From Chiloscyllium plagiosum (Eukaryota), in NCBI RefSeq assembly GCF_004010195.1, contig NC_057718.1:33062229-33126228 (forward strand): a DNA stretch of 64,000 bases, in the 5' to 3' direction. Every line of letters starts with the position of its first letter. The first letter of the stretch is position 1. A program made the translations under genes and the position numbers. This document shows, one piece after another, positions 13,271-27,150 of this stretch. The notes under the pieces are model-generated. The model was not told where the DNA came from and did no database searches. It saw only the letters and a program-made list of their open reading frames with translations.

Positions 13271-15099
13271 TAATGCCCCCCTGTCTGCCACATCTGGGAC
13301 AAATGTCAGCAACTGTACAAAGCAGCTCCAGACTGCAAGTGCTTGTCCAGGTGCAGAGCAAGCTTTTCAACATGGTGTGGGTGCAAGCGATATCAATAAA
13401 TTCTGAGATATCCGATTATTCTGGGAATGGTACACAGTTGGATAAGGTGGAAATCATACAAACATGAAATGTAGTCGGCCATTCATCTCTTTGAGTCTGT
13501 TCTGCCATTTAATGAGATCATGGCTGATCTGCGGCCTAACTTTATATACCTGCCTTTGGCCCATATCTCTTAACACCTCAGACATGAGAGATGCCAGGGG
13601 TTGGGATAGGTAATTAACAAAGAAGGTTTAATAAGGCAAAGCAGGAGATCTTAATAGACTTCATGACAAACCTCCCAAAACATTCGATGCATCTCAGACT
13701 GAAGAAAGCAAGACTCAGCCTGATGGGTGAAAGGGCCTCCTTCTGCGCTGTCATTCTATTGTTCAATTAGATTGCGACCATCATAGTTATTCATTGAGAG
13801 CCTAAAGCAGCCTTGCCTTGTGAGCTGGGCTCCATTTGAATGTGAATCACACAGGCAAGGAGTTAGCATTCTAATCCACTGCATTGCTCAGCCCAACAAC
13901 TGAATTTATGATTATGCAAAAAATGTTGACTTGTACATAAAGCCGATGATGAACTTCAAAAGGCTGAAATTTCTCTCCTTATTCATAGTCAATAAGGGAA
14001 AATTGTGCTCATAGTCTGCATATTTTGAAGCAAATAGAAGCATGAGCTACATTCTTTTTCGATTAATGCACTGTAAAATTTATGTCTCAATTAAATCAAC
14101 GCATAATTGGAAGGAGCAGTGCAGCACAGTTTAAAATGATAGCTGAAAGTTATCTTATTAAAATGCATGTCATTTTGTGGTTGCCGACTCTCATATATGT
14201 CATTGCATACTATTAATTCAAGCCTGACTGTCAAATGCAGATAAGCCATCAAAGAAAACTTATTACAGTCTTGTCATTCCAGATAAAGCATAAAATTGCA
14301 TCTACAAATCTTTTTCAAGTCAATGGATTGATCCTGTCAATCAGACAGATTATTATTTAAAGTAGTGAGTCAGGTTGGCAGCAGATTGTTATAAAAGTGC
14401 ATTTAACTCTTTGATGGACTCTGACAATTTTTTTCTTGTTTTACTTAAATGGAAATATTCCAACCTAAATGTTGGACTGAATCTTTGGGCAGAAGACAGG
14501 AAGCATGAATTATAAAGTCCTTGACTCTGCAAACACATCTCCATTTCATTTTCATGAGGCAGGGGTGGGATAGAGATGCCTCTAGAGACAGGACTGAGGA
14601 GACAATGGATGCAGGTGGATGTCCAGGCTGGTAGACTAAAAAGCCCATTTCTGTTTCCTGGGAGAATGGCCCAGTTATATTGATGAATGTCAGATACTCA
14701 AGCCGTTATCCGTCCTCAACCTCCATGCAGCCCGCATAACAATACGCCCCCATGTTTCCATATCTCTCCATATATTCCCACAGCTCTTCCATGTCTCCTC
14801 ATGTTCCGTCCAAAATTTTCTTCCATGATTTCTCCCTGGTCACTCACCAAAGGACAGATTTCAAGTGTCAGTAATGGCATTGTGATGTCTTTGAAATGAA
14901 TATGCAAAAAGCAAACATCTAACAATCTAATAAAGCTGACACTCAACTTCACTGCATCACCAACCACATCAAAGACAGACTGTCATTGAATGACCTTGTA
15001 AGACTGTCTTCCAAGCTGTGTACAAAATCTAATGGCCTTAGTATGTCAGAAACATTGAAACTCAACCAAGCATTCACAATGGACTCAACTGAAAAATTT

Positions 15100-18000
15100 C
15101 TGGCTGTAACAGCTGCTCCTTTGAGGTATTTTAGGTGTTGGAGGTGATGTTCTCGAATTTCAGGAGCAGCAATTACTGTTTCAAATTACTGTCAAAACAA
15201 CAGCAGTTTTAAAAAGGGAGAGGTACAGACAAAGGAAGCACATGGTGAGGTCAGTGCAGGAGAGAGAGAGAAAGAAACTGACACTACAGTGAAACTGCGC
15301 AGTTACTGTCTTTGCTGCTTGAATTCATGTAACGCTGGACATCGGAGTACGTCTAGGAAAATTAACAAACAGTGAAATTCACAACTGATCTTGGAGGAAC
15401 CTGTTTGGGTGAAGTCACAGCACAGAAACAGATAAATGAACAGCTTTAAGTGTGGCCTACAGAAAGTCTGCAGTAGTGAGTAGAGTAATTTCTTTCTTGA
15501 TTATATGTTTTTTGAGATATGACTCTTGATTAAACTTAAAATATAAGCTATAACTATTAATTTAACCTGGTGCAATGTTTGTAGAGGAATAAGGCGGTGT
15601 TATTTTCTGGGTCTGTAGATTGTAAAGGAGCAAAAATGGCCTTTAGTACAGTGATTTGCACTTCTTGTCAGATGTGGGAGTTTAAGGAGAGTTTATGGGT
15701 TATTGTGGATAATATCTGAAATAAATGCTGTTGGTTGCGAATCCTATCAGATTGAATGGATCGATGGGAGAGACAATTAGAGGCAATGAGGAATTTGCAA
15801 CAGGAATGATATGTGATGGATGGCAGTTATAGGAAGGGGGAAAAAGTCGCAGATACAGTCACATAGATGGGTTAACTCCAGGAAAGGTATGAGAGGTAGG
15901 CAGCTAGTGCAGGAATCTTCTGTAGCTATCTCCATTTCAAACAGGTATGCTGTTTTGGAAAATGTAGGAGGTTATCGATTCACAGGGGAACGTAGCACGA
16001 ACAGCTAAGTTTCTGGTATTGAGACTGGCTTTAATGCAACGAGGAGTACATTGGGTTCCAAGAGATCAATTGTGTTAGGGGGCTCTCAAGTCAGAGGTAC
16101 AGAAAGATGGTTCTGTGGCCAACAGCGAAAAAGCAGAATGGTGTGTTGTTTCCCTGGTGCCAGGATCAAGGATGTCTCAGAGAGGGTACAGAATGTTCTC
16201 AAGGGGAAGAGGGACCAGCAAGAAGTCATTGTCCACATTGGAACCATGACATTGGAAGGGAAAAGGTTGAAGAGAGATTACAGAAAGTTAGGCCGGAATT
16301 TAAAAAGGAGACCCTCGAGAGTAGTAATATCTAGATTACTCCTACTGCTATGATCTAGTGAGGGCAGGAATAGGAGGAGAGAGTAGATGAATGCATAGCT
16401 GAGGTGCTGGTATATGGGAGAAGGATTCACATTTTTGGATCATTGGAATCTCTTTTGGGGTAGAAGTGACCAGTCCAAGAAGGATGGATTGCACCTAAAT
16501 TGGAAGGGGACTAATATACTGGCAGGGAGATTTGCTAGAGCTGCTCGGGAGGATTTAAACTAGTAAGGTGGGGGAGTGTGGGACCCAGGGTGATAGTGAG
16601 GAAAGAGATCATTCTGAGACTGGTACAGTTGAGAACAGAAGTGAGTCAAACAGTCAGGGCAGGCAGGGACAAGGTAGGACTAATAAATTAAACTGCATTT
16701 ATTTCAATGCAAGCGGCCTAACTGGGGAGGCAGATGAACTCAGGGCATGGTTAGGAACATGGGAGTGGGATATCTTAGCAATTACAGAAACAAGGCTCAG
16801 GGATGGGCAGGACTGGCAGCTTAATGTTCCAGGTTACAAATGCTACAGGAAGGCTAGGAAGGGAAGCAAGAGAGAAGGGGGAGTGGTGTTTTTGATAAGA
16901 GATAGCATTACAGCTGTACTAAGGGAGGATATTCCCGGAAATACATTGAGGGAAGTTACTTGGATGGAACTGAGAAACCAGAAAGGGATGATCACCTTAT
17001 TGGGATTGTATTATAGACCCCTAATAGTCAGAGAAAAATTGATAAACAAATTTGTAAGGAGATCTCAGCTATCTGTGAGAATAATAGGGTGGTTATGGTA
17101 GGGGATTTTAACTTTCCAGACATAGGCTGGGACTGCCACAGTGTTAAGTGTTTAGATATAGAGGAATTTGTTAAGTGTGTACAAAACAATTTTCTGATTC
17201 AGTATGTGGATGTACCTACTAGAGAAGGTGCAAATCTTGACCTACTCTTGGGAAGTAAGGCAGGGCAGGTGACTGAGGTGTCAGTGGGGGAGCACTTTGT
17301 GGCCAGCGACCATAATTCTATTAGATTTAAAATAGTGATGGAAAAGAATAGACCAGATCTAAAAGTTGAAGTTCTAAATTGGAGGAAGGCCAATTTAGAC
17401 GGTATTAAACAAGAACTTTCAAAAGCTGATTGGGGGCAGATGTTCACAGGCAAAAGGATGGTTGAAAAATGGGAAGCCTTCAGAAATGAGATAACAAGAA
17501 TCCAGAGAAAGTATATTCCTGTTAGGGTGAAAAAAAAGGTTAATAGTGTTTGGGAATGCTGGATGACTAAAGAATTTGATATTTTGGTTCAGAAAAAGAA
17601 GGAAGCATATGTCAGGTATAGACAGAATAAATCGAGTGAATCCTCAGAGTATAAAGGCAGTAGGAGTATACTTAAGAGGGAAATCAGGAGGGAAAAAAGG
17701 GGACATGAGATAGCTTTGGCAAATAAAATTAAGGAGAATCCAAAGGATTTTTACAAATACATTAAGGACAAAAGGTTAACTAGGGAGAGAATAGGGCACC
17801 TTGAAGATCAGCAAGGCAGCCTTTGTGTGGAGCCACAGGAGGTTTTGCATTGGTATCTACTGTGGAAAAGGAGATGGAAGATATGGAATGTAGGGAAATA
17901 AATACTGACATCTTGAAAAATGTCCATATTACAGAGGAGGAAGTGCTGGATGTCTTGAAATGCATAACAGTGGATAAATCCCCAGGACCTGATCAGGTGT

Positions 18001-19540
18001 ACCTTAGAAATCTTTAGGAAGCTAGGTTAGTGATTGCTGGGCCTCTTGCTGAGATATTTCTATCATCGATAGCCACAGGTGAGGTGCCGGAAGACTGGAG
18101 GTTGGCTAATGTGGTGCCCCTGTTTAAGAAGGGTGGTAAAGATAAGCCAGGGAACTATAGACCAGTGAACCTGATGTCAGTGGTGGGCCAGTTGTCGGAG
18201 GGAATCCTGAGGGACAGGATGTACATGTATTTGGAAAGGCAAGGACTGATTAGGGATAGTCAACATGGCGTTGTGCGTGGGAAATCATGTCTCATTAACT
18301 TTATTGAGTTTTTTGAAGAAGTAATAAAGAGGATCAATGAGGGCAGAGTGGTAGATATGATCTATATGGACTTCAGTAAGGCGTTTGACAAGGTTCCCCT
18401 TGTGAGACTGATTAGCAAGGTTGGATCTTACAGAATATGGGGACAATTAGCCATTTGGATACAGAACTGGCTCAAAGTTAGAAGACGGAGGGTGGTGGTG
18501 GTGGGCTGTTTTTCAGAGTGGAGGCCTATGAGGATTGGAGTGCCACAAGGATCGGTGCTAGGTCCTCTACTTTTCATCATTTATATAAATGATTTGGATG
18601 TGAGCATAAGAGGTACAGTTAGTAAGTTTGGAGATGACACCAAAATTGGAGGTGTAGTGGACAGTGAAGAAGGTCACCTCAGATTACAATAGTATGTTGA
18701 TCAGATGGGCCAATGGGCTGAGAAGTGGCAGATGGAGTTTAATTCAGATAAATGCGAGGTGGTGCTGCATTTTGGAAAACAAATCTTAGCAGGACTTAAT
18801 GGTAAGGTCCTAGTGAGTGTTGCTGAAGAAAGAGACCTTGGAATGCAGGTTCATAGCTCCTTGAAAGTGGAGTCGCAGGTAGATAGGATAGTGAAGAAGG
18901 CGCTTGGTGTGCTTTCCTTTATTGGTCAGAGTTGGGAGTACAGGAATTGAGAGGTCATATTGTGGCTGTACAGGACATTGGTTAGGCCACTGTTGGAATA
19001 TTGCGTGCAATTCTGGTCTCCTTCCTATTGGAAAGGTGTTCTGAAACTTGAAAGGGTTCAGAAAAGATTTACAAAGATGTTGTCAGGTGGGAGGATTTGA
19101 GCTACAGGGAGAGGCTGAACAGGCTGGGGCTGTTTTCCCTGGAGCATTGGAGGCTGAGGGGTGACCTTATAGAGGTTTACAAAATTATGAGGGGTATGGA
19201 TAGGATAATCGACAAAGTCTTTTCCCTGAAGTCAGGGATTCCAGAACTGGTGGGCGTAGGTTTAGGGTGAGAGGGAAAGATATAAGAGAGACCTAAGAGG
19301 TAACTTTTTCATGCAGAGGGTGGTACGTGTATGGAAAGAGCTGCAGAGGAAGTGGTGGAGGCTGGTACAATTGCAACATTTAAGAGGCATTTGGATGGGT
19401 ATATAAATAGGAAGGGTTTGGTTGGATATGTGCTGGGTGGTGGCAGGTGGCCCTAGTTTGGGTTGGGATATCTGGTCAGCATGGAAGGGTTGGATCGAAG
19501 GGGTTGTTTCCATGCTGTACATCTCTATGACTCTATGTCT
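15100..19540 (+). mobile_element. Near-full-length CR1 LINE (HER1-like), inactivated
   Basis: ORF1 with CTSCQMWE zinc-finger and SGNH esterase (VCCFPGARIKDV...VIVHIGT); ORF2 APE endonuclease (YFNAS, AITET, GDFNFPDIGW, SDHN) and RT (NYRPV, YMDFSKAFD, GVPQGSVLGP, FGDD); (CTCTATGA)n tail; many stops and frameshifts. The 5' boundary is approximate. Confidence 0.95.
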
Positions 19541-19559
19541 TTATAACTGTCAAAACAAG

Positions 19560-20765
19560 CCATCATGGCTCCAATTCTTACATAATCTTTGAACCTGCAT
19601 CTAATACAAAACTTATGTAACTCAAATTTGAATAAATCATTGACCCAGCCTCCACTATTTTATGGTGACAAGACTTCCTCATATTAATGAGAAACAAACC
19701 CTACTCATCTTCATCTTGGAAGGGTGACTTCTTATTGTTAGATGGCTTTCCCTAGTTGTGATCTTCACTACATGAAAAAAAAATCCTCCTAACATCCACT
19801 CAATTAAGTTATTTGAGGATCTTATATGTTTCAATAAGATCACCTCTCATTCTCCTCAACTCTAATGAGGAGCATTTGTGGACAGAAATTAGAGTTAACA
19901 TTTCAGGTGCAGTGACCCTTTCTCAGAATTGTTCTATGGAAGTATCAATGTACCTGAAATGTTAACTCTGATTTCTCTCCACCAATTTTGCCAGACCTGA
20001 TGAGCTTTTACAACAATTTCTATTTTTATTTCTAATGAGTCTAGTCCCAACCTATCAACTTTCCTTCATAAGATAAGCCTTTGATCCAAGGAATGAGTTG
20101 AGTCAACCTTCTTTGAACGATTTTCATGCAACTATTTCCTTACTACAATGAAGAGGTCAAAATAATACATAGTACTCCAGAAGTATCCTCAACAAAGCTC
20201 TGTAAAACTGCAGTAAAACTTCCCTACATTTATATCCTATTTCCCTTGTGATAAACACCGACATTTCATTTGTCTTCCTAATCACCTACTGTGTGTGCAT
20301 GATAACTCTTTTGTGATTCATGTACCAGGACACCCAGATCCCTTTGTACCTCTGTGTTCTTCACTATATCGTGATTTGAAAGCTATACTGCTTTTCTATC
20401 CTTCTTGCCAAAATGGGCAAGTTCAGATTTTCCCATTTAATATAACATTTAATTTAATATAACATGCTAATTTTTGACCACTCACTTAATGCATCTATGT
20501 CCTTTTGCAGACAGTTCATTTCCTTTTGACTTCGATTTTCTTAGCTATCCTTGTGTCATTGGCAAATTTTGCTGCCATAGGTTCAGTCTCCACATTCAGT
20601 AGTTGAGGCCACACTACTGATCTTTGTGCCATTCCACGAGCTAACAGCATGCCAATCCCGAATAAAAATCCATTTATCCTTACTTGCTGCTTCCTGTTAG
20701 CTAACAAATCCTTTATCCGTACTGATATGTTATCTCTTACATTATGTGCTTTTATGTTACCCATG
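19560..20765 (-). mobile_element. Old degenerate CR1 fragment
   Basis: ORF 20516-20764 IKAHNVRDNI...LANRKQQVRING...AKFANDT. Confidence 0.65.
19871..20031. mobile_element. Head-to-head Penelope pLTR mini-insert (family D)
   Basis: AGAGTTAACATTTCAGGT...GACCCTTTCTCAGAA followed by the inverted ACCTGAAATGTTAACTCT. Confidence 0.6.
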
Positions 20766-20944
20766 ACAGTAGAGTTTAATCAATATGTTTTTAGTCTTTT
20801 AAAGTAAGCATCTTAAAACATTAATTCTTATAGTGTCATAATTTAGCTAATAGCTGGAAGTTCAAATTTCTACTTAAAATTCATCAGTCTTCAGGAGGAA
20901 TCACAATACTTCACTTTTTTATTTATGCTAAATGTACTTTGCCA

Positions 20945-21509
20945 ATTTAAAAATCACACAACACCAGGTTATAGTCCAACAGGTTTAATTGGAAGCACTA
21001 GCTCTCGGAGCGACGCTCCTTCATCAGTTGGCTGTGGAGGACATGATTGCAACAGTTTACATTGTAATGTAACTGAAATTATACAATGAAACATACCTTG
21101 ATTGTTTGTTAAGTCTCTCATCTGCTAGAATTACCATATTAGTTTCACTTCTTTCATATGTAAATCACATATGTAATGTTTATGGCACAGACAGCAGCAC
21201 ACAGATGTGCTAATACCTAATACATTATCTGGGCTGACACCAATTGTTAAAGTTCACTTGAGAATGTAACATTTTTTTTAAAACGTTTTGCGATTTACAA
21301 GGTATTTTTCAGTGTATAATTTCAGTTACATCACAATGTAAACCATGGCTATAAATTCTGTGCCTTACAATCATGTCCTCCACAACCACCTGATGAAGGA
21401 ACGGCACTCGGAAAGCTAGTGCCTCCAATTAAACCTGTTGGACTATAACCTGGAGTTGTGTGATTTTTAACTTTGTACACCCCAGTCCAACACCAGCATC
21501 TCCAAATCA
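20945..21509. mobile_element. Inverted Penelope pLTR pair (family B) with 11-bp TSD
   Basis: Minus arm from 20947 and plus arm ending 21509; GTACTTTGCCA at 20934-20944 and 21510-21520; hammerhead motifs at ~20997-21028 (-) and 21387-21421 (+). Confidence 0.85.
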
Positions 21510-21874
21510 GTACTTTGCCATGTATTTTGCCATGTATTTGCCCAATTCATTTTTTCAATGTTGTCCCTCTATATTGCTGTCTCATTTTGTAGCATTTAAC
21601 TTACATTGTTTAGAGTTGAATTTGATATCCAGAGTACATTTTGAATTATTGAACAAAGTCATTCAAGTCTGTATCCCTTAATTGGACTTCAGGGATCAGA
21701 GGCGAGGACTGTATAAGGATGAATGTCTTGGATGAGACAGAATAACTGTTTTAAAAACTGAAAGAACTGTAGATGCTGTCAGCCAGAAATGAAAATAAAA
21801 CTTGGTGGGAAAGCTCAACAGGTCTGACCAGCATCTGTGAAGAGAAATCTGATTTATCTTTACAGATGCTAGTC

Positions 21875-22295
21875 ATGATGTGGAGGTGCCGGTGTTGGAC
21901 TGGGGTAGACAAAGTTAAAAATCGCACAACACCAGGTTAGAGTCCAACAGGTTTATTTAGTAGTACAAGCTTTCAGAGGGGTGCCCCTTAATTGGATAGC
22001 TGTGGGGCAGGATCATAAGACACTGAATAAATAGCAAAAGATCACAGTTCAATATGATATATTGAACAAGCTTAGATTGCTGTTAAGTCTTTCATCTTTT
22101 AGAATGGGTTGCAGGTTTTGGTTCACTAATATGTAAATCTCAAAATTTCCTTCAAATCACATTCTCTAGATAACTTAAGGTTTTACAAAAAATAAGTAAC
22201 AGCTCAGCTCAGGCAATACATTAAACGTGTGAGGTCAGAGTCTGTCTATACCCCAATCTTGAGTCAGATTGATTCTATTTCCAAAGTGCAGAATT
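21875..22295 (-). mobile_element. Penelope family B pLTR, older copy
   Basis: GGTGTTGGACTGGGGTAGACAAAGTTAAAAATCGCACAACACCAGG matches the family B terminus. Confidence 0.75.
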
Positions 22296-25200
22296 TTAAT
22301 TGCAGATACATTCTATTTTGTTTAAAGGTCACACGATCTGCAGACAGTCAATGCAGGCAGACAATCCATGTAACATTTTATAAATTCTTACGTTTTATAA
22401 AATCCATAGTGGTAGCCAGGGTATGGTTAAACAAATTAGCCGCTATGAAATGTTGCAAAGAATGGAGGCACAAGGGTTAGACAGTGGGAATTGGAGAGTG
22501 CAGTTCCAAGCGAAATGGGGTAGGGTATTTACTAGAATAAGATAGAGAAAGAAGAAGATTATGGGACAATGTTGAAATGGGGTGTAGTTGGTGAATGATG
22601 CAACAAAGTGATCAGAGATAGCCTTATCTGTGATTGATATAATTGGGGGACCAGTGCCAAGTTTGTTGACTATGTGTAGGGGTGGTCATAAATACAGGTT
22701 GATGAGATCATACAGGGGATGAGACTAAGGGCTGACAGGAGACTCAGGATAGAGAGAACATGAGTTGAAGGAGCTACTTAATAAAGAGACTGAAGAAAGC
22801 TGACAGAGAAGATAGCTTGCTCCCCATATCACTGGTGGAAGGGCCATCAAATATACCTTTCTCTCTGGAATTATCTTTATTTACCCTTTCCTATCCATTT
22901 CCATTCCCTTAAGTCCAGAGCAAGACATATATGGCAAATAACTAGGTTAGTCATCAACTGCCAGATTTGTGTGAACCAGATATTGCTTTACTGGGACCGG
23001 TGAAAACTGTTGACTATTCCAGAATCATCTTGGAGTGCAAAGATAATCCTGGCTTTTATTCACACCTACACTCCATTGCTCCCAGAGTCAATGACAGGTG
23101 TGATAAACTGTGGTTTGTTTGTTACTAAGATTGAGACTATCACTAATGGGCTCTATCACTTCTCTCATTTTCCCTTCCAAGTATTTGTTTTTATTTTGTA
23201 AAATCTTCTTAAAATTGATTCCTTTTGCTCAACTCTCTTTCCCATTTCCTAATCACTGTCTTCAAGGCTTTCCATTCTAAATCTGTGAAGTATCTGGGAA
23301 GAGTTTCTACATTAAAGGCATATCTTAAGTTCAAGCTGTTCAGTTCACTGAGGTTATTCATTTTCTAGATTCTTACAGATTCACAGAGTATTACAGGAGA
23401 GAAAGCAGTCCTTTGGCCGATATATGCTTCTTCTTCTCAAGTTCTTGCTGCATCAGTACTTTTGCAGCATGCCCTTTCAATTTCATCATTTCCCGGAATT
23501 CGATGTTAGGGTAATGGGTTTGTGATTTTCTGGTATTAGTTTTATTTCCCCTTATAAGTGAAAGTACCCCTGGTGCTGATCCTGTGAAACAGTAACAATT
23601 CTCCATAGCCCACCTGATCCATCAAAAATATGTCTTTACTTAATAATATAAACCACTCCTCAAAGATAGTGGTAATTATTCACTAGCTTTTTTGTATATG
23701 CTAGTCATCACACAAACCCCTTAATCCAAATGTTACTTGAATTAATGGAATAAAGTGATTTTAAATAATGATCTATTTTGGATGGTCTTAATGCTGCAAA
23801 TGCTTGACTATTCTCCAATTATTCATTTTCCTAACATGAAAAGCTGGACCAGTTAGCTGGAATTTGTTGGAAGAACTCATCTTAAATGATGCAAACTTAT
23901 CACTCACTAATAATTTCAGTATGAGACCTGTTGAACTACTTGGCAACAGACTCAAATGGACTCTATAACCTGCTTAGTGAAGTTAAATTCAAAAGAAACA
24001 GTACCTCTGGTGGAACAGTGAATGACAGGGAGCAACTTCAGGATTTCAGCATTAACCTGCACTAATTTCTGCATTAATCTGCACTAACACTAAATCTTTA
24101 TATTGCACATTAAATTCAGAAAAATGATGTTGGAAAATGTTGACTACATTAGTAAAAAATCTAAAAACGTTGGAACAATCTTTCTAGCATTAATTAAGAG
24201 GCATCTTTGATTAAGTAGGGAAATTTGCTCTTCTGATATGTGTTGAATTTTTTTTATCACTTGACTACTTTAAAATTGAGTTTGTGAATGTAACGTGATT
24301 ACTAATCATGGCTTGTCAAGGCATGACACTCATTATGAGTCACATATTCCTCAGCATGCACCTTGGGAGGTTCAATTATTTCAAAGGTGATAAATACAAG
24401 TTATTGTTGCCGTAGTAATTGGAAGCTTTAACAAGCAAGTATATAAATAATTAGTGGAGAATTTAGAGGGAGAAAACAGGCTTACTTACTTTGTTAAACC
24501 TCAACACGCAGTCAAAACCATAAATTAGTACTTAATAAAAAAGGACTTACTAAGGACTTAACTCATTGCTAAAGGCCAATTGAAGGAAATTAATGTGTCA
24601 ATCACTTCTGCAGGGCCTCTCCTGAGTGATTTCCATTAGCTTTGACAGATTTTCCTGGGCTGATTACACTTATTCTCTGGACTTCTTCCAATCTTCTGCT
24701 GAGGTTAGCGTGGGGGATCAGGACACCCACAGAAATTCTGCTCATGCAGTCTTGAGTGTAGATGGAAGCTGAAAGTTAAAACTGATCAGTGATGGTAAGG
24801 GGTGAGATTTCAAAGCTTAAACAGGACAACCAACATCAGAGTGGCTAAAAAACAAATGTTTTCTTCCTTTCATCACAGCTGTATGAGTACAGATCTAGCA
24901 TAGAAGAACTGCAAGGATTAGATTTTCCCAGCAACCTTCTGAACCCAGTCGACAGACCCATATTAGTTAGTTCTGGTCCAAGATGGTGGTGGAGTAGGGC
25001 TCCTGTGCTGGGGATCGTCTGCTCTGTCTGCATTTCTTTTTCTTTCTTTACTCCCTCTTTTTTTGTGATTACTCACCTTATCCTAAGCATGGACAGCATC
25101 AGTAGCAGTGAGACACCAGGGTGTGGAACTTGAGTGGGCTCATCACGGAGGAGAAGAGAGTAAGCCACTGGTTAGTTTTCTGGAGCAAGCACAGGACTTG

Positions 25201-25379
25201 GAATTGGTGGCTGCTATATAATCAGAAGCAATGTTGCCAAAAGATGGTGCCCAAGGAACAGTGACTTCATTCTTGGTTGGGTCCAGTGTAGATGACAACA
25301 AAGTGTGACAGAGGAATGGCGCAGCCGTCATTAATGGTGATGATATGGCTCAGGACTAATGGACTCTCTTCAAGCTGTA

Positions 25380-26350
25380 TCATAGAGGCATAGAGTCATA
25401 GAAATGTACAGCACGGAAACAGACTCTTCGGTCTAACTCATCCATGCTGACCAGATATCCCAAACTAATCTAGTCCCATTTGCCAGCACTTAACCCATAT
25501 CCCTCTAAACCCTTCCTATTCATATATCGATCCAGATGCCTTTTAAACGCTGTAACTGGACCTGCCTCCACCACTTCCTCTGGCAGCTCATTCCATACAC
25601 ACACCACCCTCTGTGTGAAAAAGTTACCCCTTAAGTCCTTTTATATCTTTCCCCTCTCACTCTAAACCTATGCCTTCTAGGTCTGGACTCCCCCAGCCGA
25701 GGGAAAAAACTTTGTTATTTATTCTATACATGCCCCTCATGATTTTATAAAACTCAATAAGGTCACCCTCCAGCCCCTGAAGCTCCAGAGAAAACAGCCC
25801 CAGCCTGTGTAGCCTCTCCCTATAGCTGAAATCCTCCAACCCTGGCAACATCCTTCTAAACCTTTTCTGAACCCTTTCAAGTTTCACAACATCTGTTGGA
25901 CAGGATAGAGACCAAAGATGCAATTTTCCAAAAGTGGCCCAACCGATGTCCTGTATGATTGCAACATCACCTCCCAACTCCTATACTCAATGCTCTAACC
26001 AATAAAGGAGAACATACCAAATGCTTCTTCACTATCCTGCAACTCTACTTTCAAGGAACTAGGAACCTGCACTCCAAGGTCTCTTTGTTCAGCACACTCC
26101 CCAAGATCTTACCATTAAGTGTATAAGTCCTGCTCTGATTTACCTTTCCAAAATGCAGCACGTCGCATTTATCTAAGTTAAACTCCATCAGCCACTTCTC
26201 AGTCCAGTGGCCCATCTGATCAAGATCCCATTGTACTCTGAGGTAACCTTCTTCGCTGTCCACTACACCTCCAATTTTGGTGTCATCTGCAAACTTACTA
26301 ACTATACCTCTTTTGTTCACACGCAGATCATTTATATAAATGGTGAAAAG
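25380..26350 (-). mobile_element. 5'-truncated CR1 LINE
   Basis: IYINDL...SKFADDTKIGG, LERVQKRF, (CATAGAGT) tail. Confidence 0.9.
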
Positions 26351-27058
26351 TTGTATTAGTGTGTCTTGGACATGCAGATTTGGACTGTGCAAATCTGAAT
26401 AGACTTTCCTGTTACAGTTCAGATGTTATGAGGAATTGAGAATGTCAGAAAATAATGCAGATGACTCTGAAAAAAAAGTGGAACTGGTTTTCTCTACCTA
26501 GTAGTTCCTCAATCTCAGTTCTGGCAAGAATCTGTGAAAGGGGCTCTTTTAATGAGGGGAGGCTGCTGGGCTGCAGCTACCACATAGTCCTGGCTGACTC
26601 AGGATGCCTATCCCATTAGTACGTTGGTAGAATTGACACATTGGCCAACCGTTTAGCTTTGTTATGACACACCTTCTATGGTCTTCGAGTCTTGAGATGG
26701 GAGTTGAACCCAGAGATTCAGGCCCAGACACAGGGACACCACCATGGCACTTCCTGGAGCTGGATCAATAAACAAAATAATGCATAAATTAGAGATTTTT
26801 GAGAAATCTCAACCAGAGTGAATAGAGTGGAGCCAGTAGATAGAGTTCCAGAAGGCATTTAACAAAATACCTCACAAAAGGTTAAAATATAAGACAAGGG
26901 CCCACAATGTAGTAAGTTGGCACAGATAGAGAATTGGCTCTTGTGCAGGAAACAGACCCTTCGGTCCAACCCGTCCATGCCGAACAGGTATCCCAAACCA
27001 ATCTAGTCGCACCTGCAACCACCTGGCCCAGATCCCTCCAAATCCTTCCTATTCATAT

Positions 27059-27150
27059 AGGTAAAAACAATGACTGCAGATGCTGGAAACCAGATTCTGG
27101 ATTAGTGGTGCTGGAAGAGCACAGCAGTTCAGGCAGCATCCAAGGAGCAG
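27059..27150 (-). mobile_element. Penelope family A terminus inserted in the CR1 3' UTR
   Basis: AGGTAAAAACAATGACTGCAGATGCTGGAAACCAG...CAAGGAGCAG interrupts the CR1 sequence TTCCTATTCATATA(C/CT)CATCCAG. Confidence 0.8.

Noticed and set aside
16568..18950. Active CR1 ORF2
   Set aside because: Multiple frameshifts and stops, so the copy is inactive.
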